From Eledone cirrhosa (taxonomy: Eukaryota): a stretch of DNA of 64,000 nucleotides. The notes beneath the pieces were generated by a model, which saw only the letters and a program-made list of their open reading frames with translations, was not told the origin of the DNA and did no database searches. The stretch covers positions 19,902,001 to 19,966,000 of the forward strand of contig OZ024755.1 in NCBI GenBank assembly GCA_964016885.1, given 5' to 3'. The translations under genes and the position numbers were made by a program. Below are positions 1 through 13,161 of the stretch, in pieces. The first letter of the stretch is position 1. Every line of letters begins with the position of its first letter.

Positions 1-30
1 TACTATATATATATATACACACAGACACAC

Positions 31-190
31 AAAAGGTAAACAGTAATAACAAAGCAAACGACACAGTGAAACGACGAAATATATTAGTTGAACGCTTGAT
101 ATAGTAGGAAAAGAGCCTTAAAGGTTTGGACACTTGTTCTTCATAAAAGATGAAATAGAAAGATATAGAGTGAGGAGAAGAAGGAAAAAC
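31..190 (-). mobile_element. Penelope-type pseudo-LTR remnant (family A) with degenerate minimal hammerhead
   Basis: Homologous to 2996-3130 and 37380-37530 (shared ...TATATCAAGCGTT.A.CTAATAT...TTAC tail); minus strand reads TATGAAGAACAAGTGTCCAAACCTTTAAG, a decayed CTGANGAA-GGAC-N4-GTCC-GAAACGTT motif. Confidence 0.55.
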
Positions 191-197
191 GATTTGG

Positions 198-337
198 TCT
201 AGAAATAGCCGTCGAAACGGCTTGAGCTCTGTCGTCGGGGTCTTGAACATTTTCCTATTACCCACTCTACTACCCTAAGTATTGAGTACTCTGGCGCCTT
301 ATGGTCCAATCTGGTTCCTTACCACACTTCCTTCGTT
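198..337 (+). mobile_element. Short TA-embedded element, family B (3' half of a hammerhead)
   Basis: AGCCGTCGAAACGGCTTGAGCTC..CGTCGGGGTC...CCCACTCTACTACCCTAAGTATTGAGTACTCTGG...; near-identical to 14230-14366 and to the reverse complement of 33277-33410; ends in (TA)n. Confidence 0.75.
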
Positions 338-460
338 ATATATATATAACGAACAGCGGAGGACACGTTTCGCACCTTTCCGACAGGCATTGTCGAGGCT
401 TCCAAACGACTTAAAGAAATTTACCTTATTATTCTACAATGCTTCAAGCAAACTTCAATA

Positions 461-502
<42 letters not shown>

Positions 503-1691
503 TATCAGGAAAGAGTCCCCCCCCCCCCTAAAAAAACGTCGACATTTTCGTAATTTACGAAAAAGTGTAATCAAGCAATAGTTAATGTTTCAGTGAATGA
601 AGGCCCCTCTGAGTGGTCGGTGGCCGCATACACAGCTAAAATGAGCTGCTTTCTCAATAAGGTCTAAATCGGAGAGTAGTAGTAGCAGCAGCAGCAGCAG
701 CAGTAGTAACAACAAAATCAACAATCATAGTCAAACAGAATTATCTATTATATCATTCATGTCACGTTTTATGTCGAGTGTTATGTTGCTAACAACCTTA
801 ACCAGAGAAAAAAATTGAAAACATAATTGGATAGAAAATTGCTCGAGTGTTAGAACCCCAATTATTGAACGACATGGAAACCATAAAGGACGCCATTAAC
901 GTAATGAAACAATGCTATGGATATCTATGGATCTATGTAAAAAAATCAGAAATTTGAAAATAAATAGAAAATGAAATGTGGCTTCCCAAGACACCCACAC
1001 ATTGATTGCAGTGATATTTAGATTTCAATTCATTGCCTTCAGAAAAGAAATATTGTATCAATAAACGTTACATAAATAAAGGAATATACATTAATAAACA
1101 ATATAGAAAATTTGAATTGTTGCACTAAGATATTAGAGGAATCAGTTTTTGTGTTTTCATTTGAGATTCAAAACCACGCTAGATTAGATTGTTGATACGT
1201 TACTTTGACACAGTCTTATTGTTTAGTATCACGTTCGTGATTCTTTTAATAACCACAGACATTTCTCAACAGTTACTGCTTGACAAGGTCATGTTTTAGT
1301 AAGTTGGAAATACTGTATCTACAAAAGTGTATTATAAGCTACTTAGCATGCCTATGCTATTATCATATTCTACTGGAGTTAGACTCGCAGTATGTATGTA
1401 AGTTGCTTCGTTTCTATACTTTGATCAAATTAATTTATTTCAGTTGTATAGCCGCCATGTTGGCTCTATATTCACAGTGAGATTTTGATAAGAGTGTCAT
1501 GGAAATTCTTATACCAGTATATTATGTTATTACTTCAGAATTCTATGGATGTATATATCAGTATGTATGTCTATGTGGAACCATGCAAGCATGTCTGTGT
1601 GTGTACGTGTACGCGTGGGTGTGTGAATCTATATTTTGATTTATGTATGCGTACATTATTATTATTATAATAATATATATATATATAATTT

Positions 1692-1789
1692 ATTGTTTCT
1701 ATTTTTGGCACAAGGCCAGCAAATACCCAGTACATTACTGGCACTTTATTTTATCGACCTCGTAAGGATGAAAGGCAAAGTTAACCTCG
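1692..1789 (-). mobile_element. tRNA-derived Meta-domain SINE, 5'-truncated
   Basis: Matches the 3' half of the family consensus (TTTGCCTTTCATCCTTACG.GGTCGATAAAATAAAGT.CCAGT...GCTGGCCTTGTGCCAAAA.TAGAAACAAT on the minus strand). Confidence 0.85.
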
Positions 1790-2190
1790 ACATGTCAATC
1801 CGCATATGTTTGTATTTCATACAAATTAAACTGCTAGACCTTTTTTTTAACATATTTTCACAATTTTGCTCAAGAACATAAAACACAACACAGGACATTA
1901 TGTTCGTTAATCTTACCACTAGGCCAGGCGCTCATACGGTATTGTTATTCCACGCCACTGCCCACCCCCCCTTGATTTTTCTTTTTAATGATTCTGTTAC
2001 AAATAGGGAAAATAACAACCAAGCCCTAGCACGTTTCTTTAGCACACAATATACTTTTCTTATTAATTTCACTATTATCTTCTTGTTCTGTCTTCTAGAC
2101 TGTATTTCTTCTATTTCTTACTGTCACTCGATGAAATTCGTGGCGACGAATTGGGGAAATTTCATCTTTTAATCATTATTAAGATAATAT

Positions 2191-2378
2191 AACTGTTTCT
2201 ACTTTTGGTACAAGGCCAGAAATTATCCCAGTGTATTACTGGTACTTTATTTTATCGACCCCGTAAGGATGAAAGGCAAAGTTAACCTCGGCGGGATTTA
2301 AATTCAGACCGTAAAACGCCGTAACTCTATGCTGCTAAGCATTGCATCCGACCCTTTAACGATACTGCCAATCCACCA
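2191..2378 (-). mobile_element. tRNA-derived Meta-domain SINE, near full length
   Basis: A-box-like TGGCAGTATCG, B-box-like G.TT.AAATCC, central GCCGAGGTTAACTTTGCCTTTCATCC domain, AT-rich tail. Confidence 0.9.
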
Positions 2379-2504
2379 TATTCTGTACTTAGTACTGTCT
2401 TTTCTATCTTTCTCAAACTTTTAACTCACACCCACATGAATGTATGAATGACTGCATGCATGCATTACTGTGAATTATTACACTTTCTCAAATATACGTG
2501 TGTC

Positions 2505-2555
<51 letters not shown>

Positions 2556-2947
2556 GAGAGAGAGAGAAAGAGAGAGAGATAGATAGATAGGTGTCTGTGT
2601 GTGTGTGTATCTGAATAATGAATATTGTTATTTTCACTTTTATAGGTTTGTGTCTAAATAGATATAGATTGAATGGGAAGATTTATAAAAGGAAATCAGA
2701 AAAAAATATTCCGGTTTTTGCAGCCATAGGAAACTGGAGCAAAGACAAAATACGTAAAGTAGAGGCAACGAAGGTGCTCTGATGCGTAAGACAATGCACA
2801 AAATCAATATCTTAACGGTTGTATTTTATATGCGTAGCATAATACAATTTGATTATAAAGTACTCCACGCATACGTTTACTCTCATTTCATCCGTATAGG
2901 GTTTTTATGCCTGTGTGTGGTGTGTGTGTGGTGTGTGGTGTGTGGTT

Positions 2948-2981
<34 letters not shown>

Positions 2982-2995
2982 TTGTGTGTGTGTGT

Positions 2996-3130
2996 AAAAG
3001 GTAAACAGAAATAACACGATCGGTACAGTATATGGAAGGGAAATATTAGGTTAACGCTTGATATAGCAGGAAGAGAATCTTAACGTTCAGGACGCTAGTC
3101 CTTCGTTAGAAGAAGAATAAGGAGAAGGAG
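2996..3130 (-). mobile_element. Penelope-type pseudo-LTR remnant (family A) with degenerate hammerhead at 3078-3113
   Basis: Minus strand: TCTT-CTAACGA-A-GGAC-TAGC-GTCC-TGAA-CG-TT-AAGA; stems I and II intact, core mutated. Confidence 0.65.
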
Positions 3131-3299
3131 AAGAAGAACAAGAACAAGAAGAAAGAATGATAAATAAGATAGATTGAGGAGACGGTCGGGTTGGAATTTG
3201 AAAAAAAACGTCTTTAGATAAAAATAACCGGTCCACTCATGTTGACATCTCTTGCAAAACTGTTGGTGCTGGCGTTTTTGTGTATGATTTATTTTTTAG

Positions 3300-3342
<43 letters not shown>

Positions 3343-3449
3343 AATAGGCATACGGATAAAATAAATATATATATAATTCATTCATGGATGCAATTTCTAG
3401 AACAGAATATAACCAATGGTGACGGCTGACTTAACTATGAAAGCCTCTA

Positions 3450-5150
3450 GTGTGGCAGCCCAACGACTGAGTGCACCAGTAGCACATCCAGAGTGGCACC
3501 CCAATGACTGGCTGAACCAGTGGCACATGTACAGTGGCACCCCAACGACTAACTGCACCAGTGGTACATCGAGAGTGGCACCCCAATAACTGGCTGAACC
3601 AGTGGCACATGTACAGTGGCACCCCAATGACTAGCTGCACCAGTGGCACATCTAAAGTGGCACCCGAATGACTGGCTGAACCAGTGGCACATGTACAGTG
3701 GCACCCCAATGACTAGCTGCACCAGTGGCACATCTAAAGTGGCACCCGAATGACTGGCTGAACCAGTGGCACATGTACAGTGGAACCCCAATGACTAACT
3801 GCACCAGTGGTATATCGAGAGTGGCACCCCAATGACTGGCTGAACCAGTGTCACATGTACAGTGGCACCCCAATGATTAGCTGCACCAGTGGTACATCTA
3901 AAGTGGCACCCCAATGACTAGCTGCACCAGTGGCACATCTAAAGTGGCACCCCAATGACTGGCTGTACCAGTGGCACATGTACAGTGGCACCCCAACGAC
4001 TAACTGCACCAGTGGTACATCGAGAGTGGCACCCCAATGACTGGCTGAACCAGTGTCACATGTACAGTGGCACCCCAATGATTAGCTGCACCAGTGGCAC
4101 ATCTAAAGTGGCACCCCAATGACTGGCTGAACCAGTGGCACATGTACAGTGGCACCCCAATGACTAGCTGCACCAGTGGCACATCTAAAGTGGCACCCGA
4201 ATGACTGGCTGAACCAGTGGCACATGTACAGTGGCACCCCAATGACTAGCTGCACCAGTGGCACATCTAAAGTGGCACCCGAATGACTGGCTGAACCAGT
4301 GGCACATGTACAGTGGAACCCCAATGACTAACTGCACCAGTGGTATATCGAGAGTGGCACCCCAATGACTGGCTGAACCAGTGTCACATGTACAGTGGCA
4401 CCCCAATGATTAGCTGCACCAGTGGTACATCTAAAGTGGCACCCCAATGACTAGCTGCACCAGTGGCACATCTAAAGTGGCACCCCAATGACTGGCTGTA
4501 CCAGTGGCACATGTACAGTGGCACCCCAACGACTAACTGCACCAGTGGTACATCGAGAGTGGCACCCCAATGACTGGCTGAACCAGTGTCACATGTACAG
4601 TGGCACCCCAATGATTAGCTGCACCAGTGGCACATCTAAAGTGGCACCCCAATGACTGGCTGAACCAGTGGCACATGTACAGTGGCACCCCAATGATTAG
4701 CTGCACCAGTGGTACATCGAGAGTGGCACCCCAATGACTGGCTGAACCAGTGGCACATGTACAGTGGCACCCCAATAACTAGCTGCACCAGTGGCACATC
4801 TAAAGTGGCACCCCAATGACTGGCTGTACCAGTGGCACATGTACAGTGGCACCCCAATGATTAGCTGCACCAGTGGTACATCTAAAGTGTCACCCGAATG
4901 ACTGGTTGAACCAGTGGCACATGTACAGTGGCACCCCAACGACTAACTGCACCAGTGGTACATCTAAAGTGGCACCCGAATGACTGGTTGAACCAGTGGC
5001 ACATGTACAGTGGCACCCCAACGACTGGCTGTACCAGTGGCACATCTAGAGTGGCACCCGAACGACTGTCTGCACCAGTGGCACCCCAACGATTGGCTGC
5101 ATGAGTAGCATATTCTTAGTGGCACCCCAACAACTGGTTGCACCAGTTGC
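3450..5150. repeat. 41-bp GC-rich minisatellite, about 41 copies, with 82-bp and 533-bp higher-order structure
   Basis: Unit CCAGTGGCACATGTACAGTGGCACCCCAATGACT(A/G)GCTG(C/A)A alternating with a ...CATCTAAAGTGG.../CATCGAGAGTGG variant; identical ORF translations recur at a 533-bp offset. Confidence 0.97.
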
Positions 5151-5330
5151 AAGAACGTGATCGATCGTTTCATTAAAATTTGAATTTGATTTCTATAGAC
5201 ATTGGATCTCCAAAGAATTTAGATATTCGATCTGTGAAATACTTAAACTCTCATCGAACTCAGTCCGGAAATTAATAAGCTAGTGAAGTATTTACAAACA
5301 ACTGTGTTATGTATTCTCAACATTCTAAAT

Positions 5331-5430
5331 AATTATTTCTACTTTTGGCACAAGGCCAGCAATTACCCAATGTATTACTGGTACTTTATTCTATCGACCC
5401 CGGAAGGATGAAAGGCAAAGTTAACCTCGG
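5331..5430 (-). mobile_element. Meta-domain SINE, 5'-truncated
   Basis: Family 3' half. Confidence 0.85.
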
Positions 5431-5712
5431 TCAAGTGTCGTGGATTGTTTATGTACTTTTAGCTAGAAATCGATCAACAGGATCCCAGACCTCATTCGTT
5501 CACCAAGTGGAGTGGAACATGTCAAATTAGACCAAGGAAACAATCTTTAGATTTGTCTTTCCATTGCTGATACTATCTACTGTTGGCAACACCTGGGAGA
5601 AAGAGCAACGTGAAATACAGTGTTGTCTAACTCAAGGGCAAAACACACCACGCAGTCCGAGAATCGAACTCTCAACCTCACAATTGCGAATCCAATTCCC
5701 TAACCACAAGTT
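5431..5712 (-). mobile_element. Second tRNA-derived SINE family (CORE-like)
   Basis: Minus strand GTGGTTAGGG...GAGAGTTCGATTC (A/B boxes) followed by CCCTTGAG...ACACTGTATTTCACGTTGCTC; homologous to 32341-32560. Confidence 0.7.
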
Positions 5713-6439
5713 TCATATTGTTGACTATATTTTATATTTTAGTATATACAGTATTATACATCGTGTAAACGGAAGCGTTGTTTCCTATACGTTGAGAAAT
5801 GGCCAATAACTGGTTCTATACATTTCCGATGACATGAATGTCATGTAAGTGTATTTGTGGGTGCGTGTGGGTCTGTGTATGCGGGTGTGAGTGTGTGGAT
5901 TTAGAGCGCGCGTGTGTGTGTGTGTGTGTGGGGGGGGGGGGGTGCTTTGGGGATACACCTGGGCCTGTGTGCTTGGAACGATGTGAGTTGACATACACGC
6001 ATATGAGCTCCACACCAAATTGGGAACTGTAGCCCTCTGCATTTCCGGATTTTGACACTCGGGTTATGGGGTATTACACTCCACCCTTGCCTCATTTGCT
6101 CTTAAAACGCACCACACCATGATAGTCTAAAGAGTGATTCTGACACAGCCTTTCTAATTCTGTAAACATCTTCCAAATCATTCTAACTTTGAGATTGGTT
6201 ATAACACACACACATTTTATTTGATTATCTTATTTTATCCTTTTATCATCTTATTCCTTCTACCATTTTATCATTTTTTTTGTTTGTTTATTTATTTGCT
6301 TATGTTATTTTACTTTATCTTATTTTATTTTATTTTACTCTACTTTTTTATTTCTTTTACCTTTCCATTTCATTTTATTGTTCTCATTTTATCTTCATTT
6401 TATTGCCTGTTATTTTTACTGTATATTATTTCTTCATAT

Positions 6440-6457
6440 GCTTGGCACAACATATAG

Positions 6458-6536
<79 letters not shown>

Positions 6537-6594
6537 TTATATATATATATATATATACACACATTTATATATATATATATACATATATACACAC

Positions 6595-6635
<41 letters not shown>

Positions 6636-6658
6636 TTTATTTATATATATATATACAC

Positions 6659-6689
<31 letters not shown>

Positions 6690-6870
6690 CAGATTTATTT
6701 ATATATATATATATATACACATTTATTTATATATATATATATACAGATTATTTATATATATATATATACATAGACACATTTTTATATATATATATACACA
6801 TTTATATATATATACACATATATATATATATATACACATTTATATATATATATACACATATATATATATC
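6440..6870. repeat. (TA)n/CACATT compound microsatellite
   Basis: Direct inspection. Confidence 0.95.
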
Positions 6871-7294
6871 ATGATGACGGGATGATGAAAAGGCTTCATG
6901 AATAGCATGATGCTATAGGTAAGGCGTCGAAAGACATATTTCTATACGTAAATAATATCGAGTTAAATAGTAGAAAAGAATTCTCCATCAATGTGATTCA
7001 AACAAGTTCACCGTAAGCGATTCTATGCATAATGAAATAGTCAGAAAACTGGTCCTTGCTTTTCATTGGTGTAATCATATTTGTATTAAGATTGTCAATT
7101 GTGGCTGATGTCAATGATACATAACTTGATTGCTTGCAGATCACTGAGACGAAATCTGTGCCTATTCACATAACATAGCAAAATGGATTTTAACAAGATA
7201 CAAGTTATATCCATCCGCGTGGAAAATTAAGATATTATTTACATTCTACATAACGGAAAAACCAGGTCTATAATTCCAGTTCATATTCAAGTAG

Positions 7295-7340
7295 ACAGAG
7301 AGACAGAGAGAGAGAGACAGAGAGACAGAGAGAGAGAGAC

Positions 7341-7393
<53 letters not shown>

Positions 7394-7424
7394 CAGAGAC
7401 AGAGAGACACAGAGAGAGAGAGAG
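7295..7424. repeat. (GA)n/GACA microsatellite
   Basis: Direct inspection. Confidence 0.95.
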
Positions 7425-7554
7425 ATATGGTTTTGTTTTACATCTGAAGTAAAACATGGACGACAGAAAGATGTGAATATATGCAATGTATTCTTCCCTG
7501 ATCAAACTTGAACTTGGTCTACACAACACCAGAAACACCTAAGCACACACACAC

Positions 7555-7592
<38 letters not shown>

Positions 7593-7608
7593 ATAGATCA
7601 GTAAATAG

Positions 7609-7657
7609 TTGCTCCGAAGAATCCAAACCTCGGTTTGGAGGAAACAATTGTAAGCAA
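7609..7657 (+). ncRNA. Minimal type I hammerhead ribozyme-like motif (U4C core variant)
   Basis: TTGCT-CCGAAGA-a-TCCAAACC-tc-GGTTTGGA-g-GAAA-CAATTG-TA-AGCAA: 5-bp stem I, 8-bp stem II, palindromic stem III, GUA cleavage triplet. Confidence 0.75.
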
Positions 7658-7717
7658 ATAAATGACTTAAACTGAACTTTGATTATTGTAATCTCTCTCT
7701 CTATATATATATATATA

Positions 7718-7800
7718 GTAAATAAATCTGAATATTAAAATCCGAAGTTCCCGTTAAGGGTGAAAGCGACGATTCTTTCCTTAAACTTTAATATGTTCTT
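7718..7800 (+). mobile_element. Short TA-embedded element, family D (degenerate hammerhead)
   Basis: CCGAAGT-TCCC-GTTAA-GGGT-GAAAGCGACGATTCTTTCCTTA; homologous to both arms of 13736-13844. Confidence 0.6.
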
Positions 7801-7859
7801 ATATATACATACATATTTATATAAACATATATATATATATATACATACACTATATAGAT

Positions 7860-7897
<38 letters not shown>

Positions 7898-8345
7898 TAT
7901 ATAAATAAATATATATATACACAATATAAATATATATATATATATATATACACACTATAAATAAATATATATATATATACACACTATAAATAAATATACA
8001 TATATACACACTATAAATAAATATATATATATACACTATATATATACACACTATAAATAAATATACACTATATATATACACACTATAAATAAATATATAT
8101 ATATACACTATATATATACACACTATAAATAAATATATATATATTCAGTATATATATACACACTATAAATAAATATATATATATTCACTATATATATATA
8201 CACACACTATAAATAAATATATATATATACACTATATATATACACACTATAAATAAATATATATATATATATATATATATACTATATATACACACACACA
8301 CTATATAAAAAGAAAATATATATATATATATATACACACACACAT
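7801..8345. repeat. (TA)n/CACACTATAAATAAA compound minisatellite
   Basis: Direct inspection. Confidence 0.95.
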
Positions 8346-8392
8346 TACGCATGCACAAACAGATCTCACATGTATGTTCACATTTATTAAAA

Positions 8393-8578
8393 TAATTGTT
8401 TCTACTTTTGGCACAAGGCCAGCAATTATCTCAGTGTATTACTGGTACTTTATTTTATCGACCCCGTAAGGATGAAAGGCAAAGTTAACTTCGGCGGGAT
8501 TTGAACTCAGAATGGCAAGGGCCGCAACTCTATGCGTCAAATCATGGCGTCCGACCCTCTAGCGATACTGCCAATCCA
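8393..8578 (-). mobile_element. Meta-domain SINE, near full length
   Basis: Family consensus match including the B-box GAGTTCAAATCC. Confidence 0.9.
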
Positions 8579-8680
8579 ATTAAAATAATATTCCCCTCAT
8601 CGCTTTTTCTTCTCCATCTTTCTGATATTTGATTGACTGTGTAGCTGTTCTTGATTTGTAGAGACACGCGAGCAGAGATA

Positions 8681-8728
<48 letters not shown>

Positions 8729-8730
8729 CA

Positions 8731-8779
<49 letters not shown>

Positions 8780-8884
8780 TTATTGCTTTAAAAAATATAC
8801 CACGAGAACCCTTTATTTCCCGTTTCTGTTTGTCGTTACTATTCCAAAACTATTCCAATATCCCTCTCTCCCAGTACACACACA

Positions 8885-9147
8885 CAAAAGTCAGCTCAAA
8901 AGTGACACAGAGGAGACTGAGGTTAGCTGGACATGCTCACCGACATCCAGAGTTGACATTGCACTCAGTGCTCCTTTGGGAGCCCCTACATGGACACACT
9001 GGAAGAGGAAGACCAAGGTTGACGTATGTTGATGCCCTAAGGTCAGACACTGGTCTGTTGGAGACGCAGGACATGGCAGCGATAATGAGGGACAGAGACC
9101 GCTGGAGAGAACTCGTCCATGGATCTCGGGAATTTTACCCGCCTTAG
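8885..9147 (+). mobile_element. RTE-clade LINE, 3' end of ORF (5'-truncated copy)
   Basis: Translation RRLRLAGHAHRH...LLWEPLHG..GRGRPRLTYVDAL..DTG...MRDRDRWR is the typical RTE C-terminal signature; ends in (TA)n. Confidence 0.9.
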
Positions 9148-9855
9148 ATATATATATATATATATATAACATTGCACACATCCAAATATAAGTACACCTT
9201 CACGTACATACGTAAATATATATACATGCATATAAACATAATCGCATGCATACACACGTACTTATGTATATATACAAGGAACCTATATAAATAAACATGA
9301 TACACGTGTTTCTACATGCACATGCTTACACATACACATGCTCATTCAATTAAATGAAACTTTGGTACAGTTGAAGCGGGAGACCAAAATATTGACGTAT
9401 TTTCAAATGAATATCAGATAGAATCTATCTAATGTACGCCTTAGTAGTTCTCTCAGTACTATATATATATATTACTGTTGTCTCAGTAGACATAATGCAT
9501 AGCTCTATTGAAACTACACAGTAATGATACGTTACTCTGCAAAGCTGGCATCATGCCAGCCACTCAACTTGTTGATTGGGATAAATTTTACTCATACTAT
9601 CACGTCTCATATCATCAGTAATATTATTATTATTATCTCTGGCTTTCCTTTGTTATAGATCGCCTTCATAAGAACTTCAAATTTGGATTTGTGTGTTTTG
9701 AAATCTAAGACACGCATACTTGCATACAGCCTAACTCAAACACTCACACACAAACTTATAAATACGCATAAACGTAATATATACGCACAGAAGAATATTT
9801 GATACCTGATTAATGTGTGTTAATGTATGTGCGTGTGTTAATGTGTGTGTGTTAA

Positions 9856-9902
<47 letters not shown>

Positions 9903-9988
9903 GAGAGATTGATTTTTATAAATACAGATAGATATAATCTTTCTGTTCTAATGGGTCTGCATTATATATTTGATGGATGTAGCAATAG

Positions 9989-10020
<32 letters not shown>

Positions 10021-10023
10021 TGT

Positions 10024-10059
<36 letters not shown>

Positions 10060-10129
10060 CTTTGTGTGTGTTTCTTTGTGTGTGTGTATGTGTGCATACA
10101 TTGCCTCAGACCAGAGTATCTAACATTGT

Positions 10130-10345
10130 ATCTATATTTGTTACAAGGCCAGCAATTTGAAAGAGGGAAGGAAAAGTCAATTAAATCGTCCTCAGTGCGT
10201 TACTGGTACTTGATTTTATCGACCACGAAGGGATGAAAGTCAGAGCTAACCTCGATAGGATTTGAACTCAGAACGTAAAGTGATGTAACAATATGCCGCA
10301 AATCACGTTGTCCGACGCTGTACCCATACTTAAAAGCCACCTCTT
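10130..10345 (-). mobile_element. Meta-domain SINE, older and longer variant
   Basis: Diverged family match with an extra segment between the core and the tail. Confidence 0.75.
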
Positions 10346-10439
10346 AAAATTGAGTGACATTCCTTTAAAGAAACATTTCTGAAAAAAAAAAAAAAACGTT
10401 TTTCCGAAGCTTAAAACGTTGGGTAAACTTGGTCAAAGG

Positions 10440-10590
10440 AAGACCATCAGGATTAGCTGAATTTGTACAGCAGTTGTACTGGCTCTTCCAGCGCGTCTCC
10501 CTCACCATCCTTCGGGGAAACGCCTTGTCTATGCTGTCCGCCGGGGCCACGGGGCGGCCAGTGCTTGGGCCCCCATTTGCTCATAAAGGT
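10440..10590 (-). repeat. GC-rich interspersed repeat fragment, possibly RTE 5' UTR
   Basis: Shares TCTTCCAGCGCGTCTCCCT..C..TCCT..GGGGAAACGCC with 36710-36790; the RTE assignment is inference. Confidence 0.5.
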
Positions 10591-10814
10591 GAGAGATAGG
10601 GAGAGCGAGATAGACGGAAGCAGTGACAGTGGGAGTTCGGTTTCTTTGTGTTTGGACCTGGTGTATATGTATATATTTATTTACCACACACACAACGGTT
10701 AAACTGGTACTCTATTTCATTGTCCTCGAAAAGAAAAAAAAATCGATATACAGCCTTACATGCAAGGAATACGGCAAACAGAAATTTCTCTTTAAACGGA
10801 CATCATTCAATTTA

Positions 10815-10918
10815 AAGAGGTGGATTGGCAGAATCGTTAAAGCGTCGGAGAACATGCTTTGCAATATATAGTTACGTCTATTTACGTTCTGAGTTTAAAT
10901 CCTGCCGAGGTTAGCTTT
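10815..10918 (+). mobile_element. Meta-domain SINE, tRNA head only
   Basis: GGTGGATTGGCAGAATCGTT...GAGTTTAAATCCTGCCGAGGTT. Confidence 0.8.
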
Positions 10919-11999
10919 TTTTTTTATATTAAAAGCAAGAATACGACTTATAAGGTTACTATTGAGAGTACAAAATGTACAGTAATCAAAAACGGATCAA
11001 TTGTGTCCATATTCGACTGTGTGTAATAAACTAGCATATTTACATCGATCTACAAATCGACCTATCGAACACGCCATGTCGTTCTCCAATCTAACCATCC
11101 AACATCAGCCTTTCATCAACCCGCCAACTATCCATCCATCAAACTATCCATCTAGCATGGCCTCTTTCTGAAAGTCTTGATTCACCTCTCTTTTCTTTGA
11201 TTAATAGGCGTACACAGACATTACATTGACATGCATAATTCCATTGTAGATAATCAGTATATAAGCTTAAAGTAAGCATGATGTTCTTAAATGGAACTTC
11301 ACACAACGTCATGCAAGTTGTTTCATAGATTCAGAAGCCAGGTCACGAGATATGGTGTGAAATATCATTGAAATATACAAAAGATGGAACTATGAAGGGC
11401 TTGACACCAGCAGACAGATGTTCAGTAACATATATGACAATGTCTTTTAAGCTGGAGAATTTTCTAAGCCGAATATCGTTTATAGTTAAGTAAGAGTCTA
11501 TAATTAATACATAAGCTTCTGGAATATATGTTCTTATGGTCCTTCAACACGTGTCTGGCAGAAAATATATTTGTAATGTAGGCAATTGTAAATTGAAATA
11601 TGTGAAATGATGCACCGTTTTATTCATGTACTGTATTACTGACACGACTATACAGTATGTAAACAAATGAAGAGTATGTGTAAATTATTTAAAATAAAAA
11701 TGCGAATATTTTATGTGATAGCAATAATATTTAAGTAAAAATAATTGGTGATTTAGATTAGAATTGATTATAATATTTTCAATAAGTATTCATAAGGTTA
11801 AATGGATATATACAATTCTTTAAAACAATGTATCATTAAATTTCTTATCAAGACTATATACGAGTATATATATATATGTTTACGTGTGCCTGGGCCTTTG
11901 CATATAAGCCAGCTCATACATTTATGAGCATGTACCCTTAGTTTCATTGTGACTACAGGAGGGACTAAACTTTAATATTTCCAATATCAAAGGAGTCTG

Positions 12000-12900
12000 G
12001 AAGATCTTTGAAAATATAAATACCCAATATAAGTGTAAATCCTTCCGAAATACAAACGAAATATTAAGAATTTGGGTACAGGAAAGGAAAACATTTTAAA
12101 AGAAAATCAAATATTTGAAAACAAAAAATGAAATTGTGTAAATGGAGAAGAATACTTCCATCAATCCTCTGAATAATCTCAACAAACAGGGAAGCTTAAA
12201 TTTAGGAAATTACAGCTTTGATCAATTTCGAATGTCTCGTAAAAAAAAAAAAAAAATAAAATAAAAATAAAAAAAATCAAAGACACCATAATGAAGTGCA
12301 ATCAATATAAATAATTATCTCTGTTTTATCTCTCACCAAGAACATTAGGATTAATCTATTTTGCTAATGGTTAATTTATAAATAAATCTAACACCCAACA
12401 TAAAGATGACACTCGAGAAATAGAGGAAGATTCTGCAAATAAGCATCGCGTTATCTTAAGTGAGGCTTCAGATGCTAATCTTAGACATTTTTGAAGATGC
12501 TACACACTCGGTCATAAAATACTACGTTTAACAGTTACAATGAACAACAATAAATGATTCGGTCAAAGAAAGGAAGAAAAACATGTACGATAGTTAGGCT
12601 ATATTCTGACTAGGAATTTAATTAATCTAAACGTGAATCTAAGAGCATTGAAAGAGCCAATGCTTTTAAAATTCCAATACTATTGATCTCTAACAAAGTA
12701 AATGATAATATAACAATACACATTCGGTTAGTGAGGCTTCATATTGGAAAAATATGTATGGTCAACAAAATATAAACACGTACTTCACGAGGGATTAACC
12801 CAAGAATGTGCCCCCTGAAAGCGTTTTACTCGTCCAGGATTTAAAGAGAGAGATAATCAGAAAAAAAGAATTGTTGCAAAATTAATTATTGTGTGGGCCA
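12000..12900 (+). mobile_element. Highly decayed L1/Tx1-like LINE remnant
   Basis: A-rich plus strand with broken motifs resembling the endonuclease (ISH..SRID-like, about 12320) and RT RGIRQGCPLS (CGAGGGATTAACCCAAGAATGTGCCCCC, about 12790); many stops and shifts. Confidence 0.3.
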
Positions 12901-13161
12901 TATTGTGAAATAGTCCCAAACTTCTAATTCCTCAGGCTTTGAAAAGCTCCATTGATTTATTATGGGTAACCAGAATGTTTCACCGGATTTTGAAGAAAAT
13001 ACGTAAACATGCGTGATGAATTAAATGATTTAATCTGGCTGAAATATATATCTATATCCAAAATTAAGATAATCAAAATTATGGGTGTCATGCCAGAAAG
13101 ACATGCGCCATATCACCCGCAAAATAAGCTCTAAGATTCTAACTAATAGGTCCGAGCATTT

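Noticed and set aside
345-400. Further hammerhead on the minus strand (TCGACAA...GCGAAACGTGTC)
   Set aside because: Stem I cannot be formed and the core is doubly altered; too degenerate to call
3397-5173. Cys/His-rich metallothionein-like ORFs (MGCHCTCATG...)
   Set aside because: Artefact of a 41-bp unit that is not a multiple of three, with recurring stops
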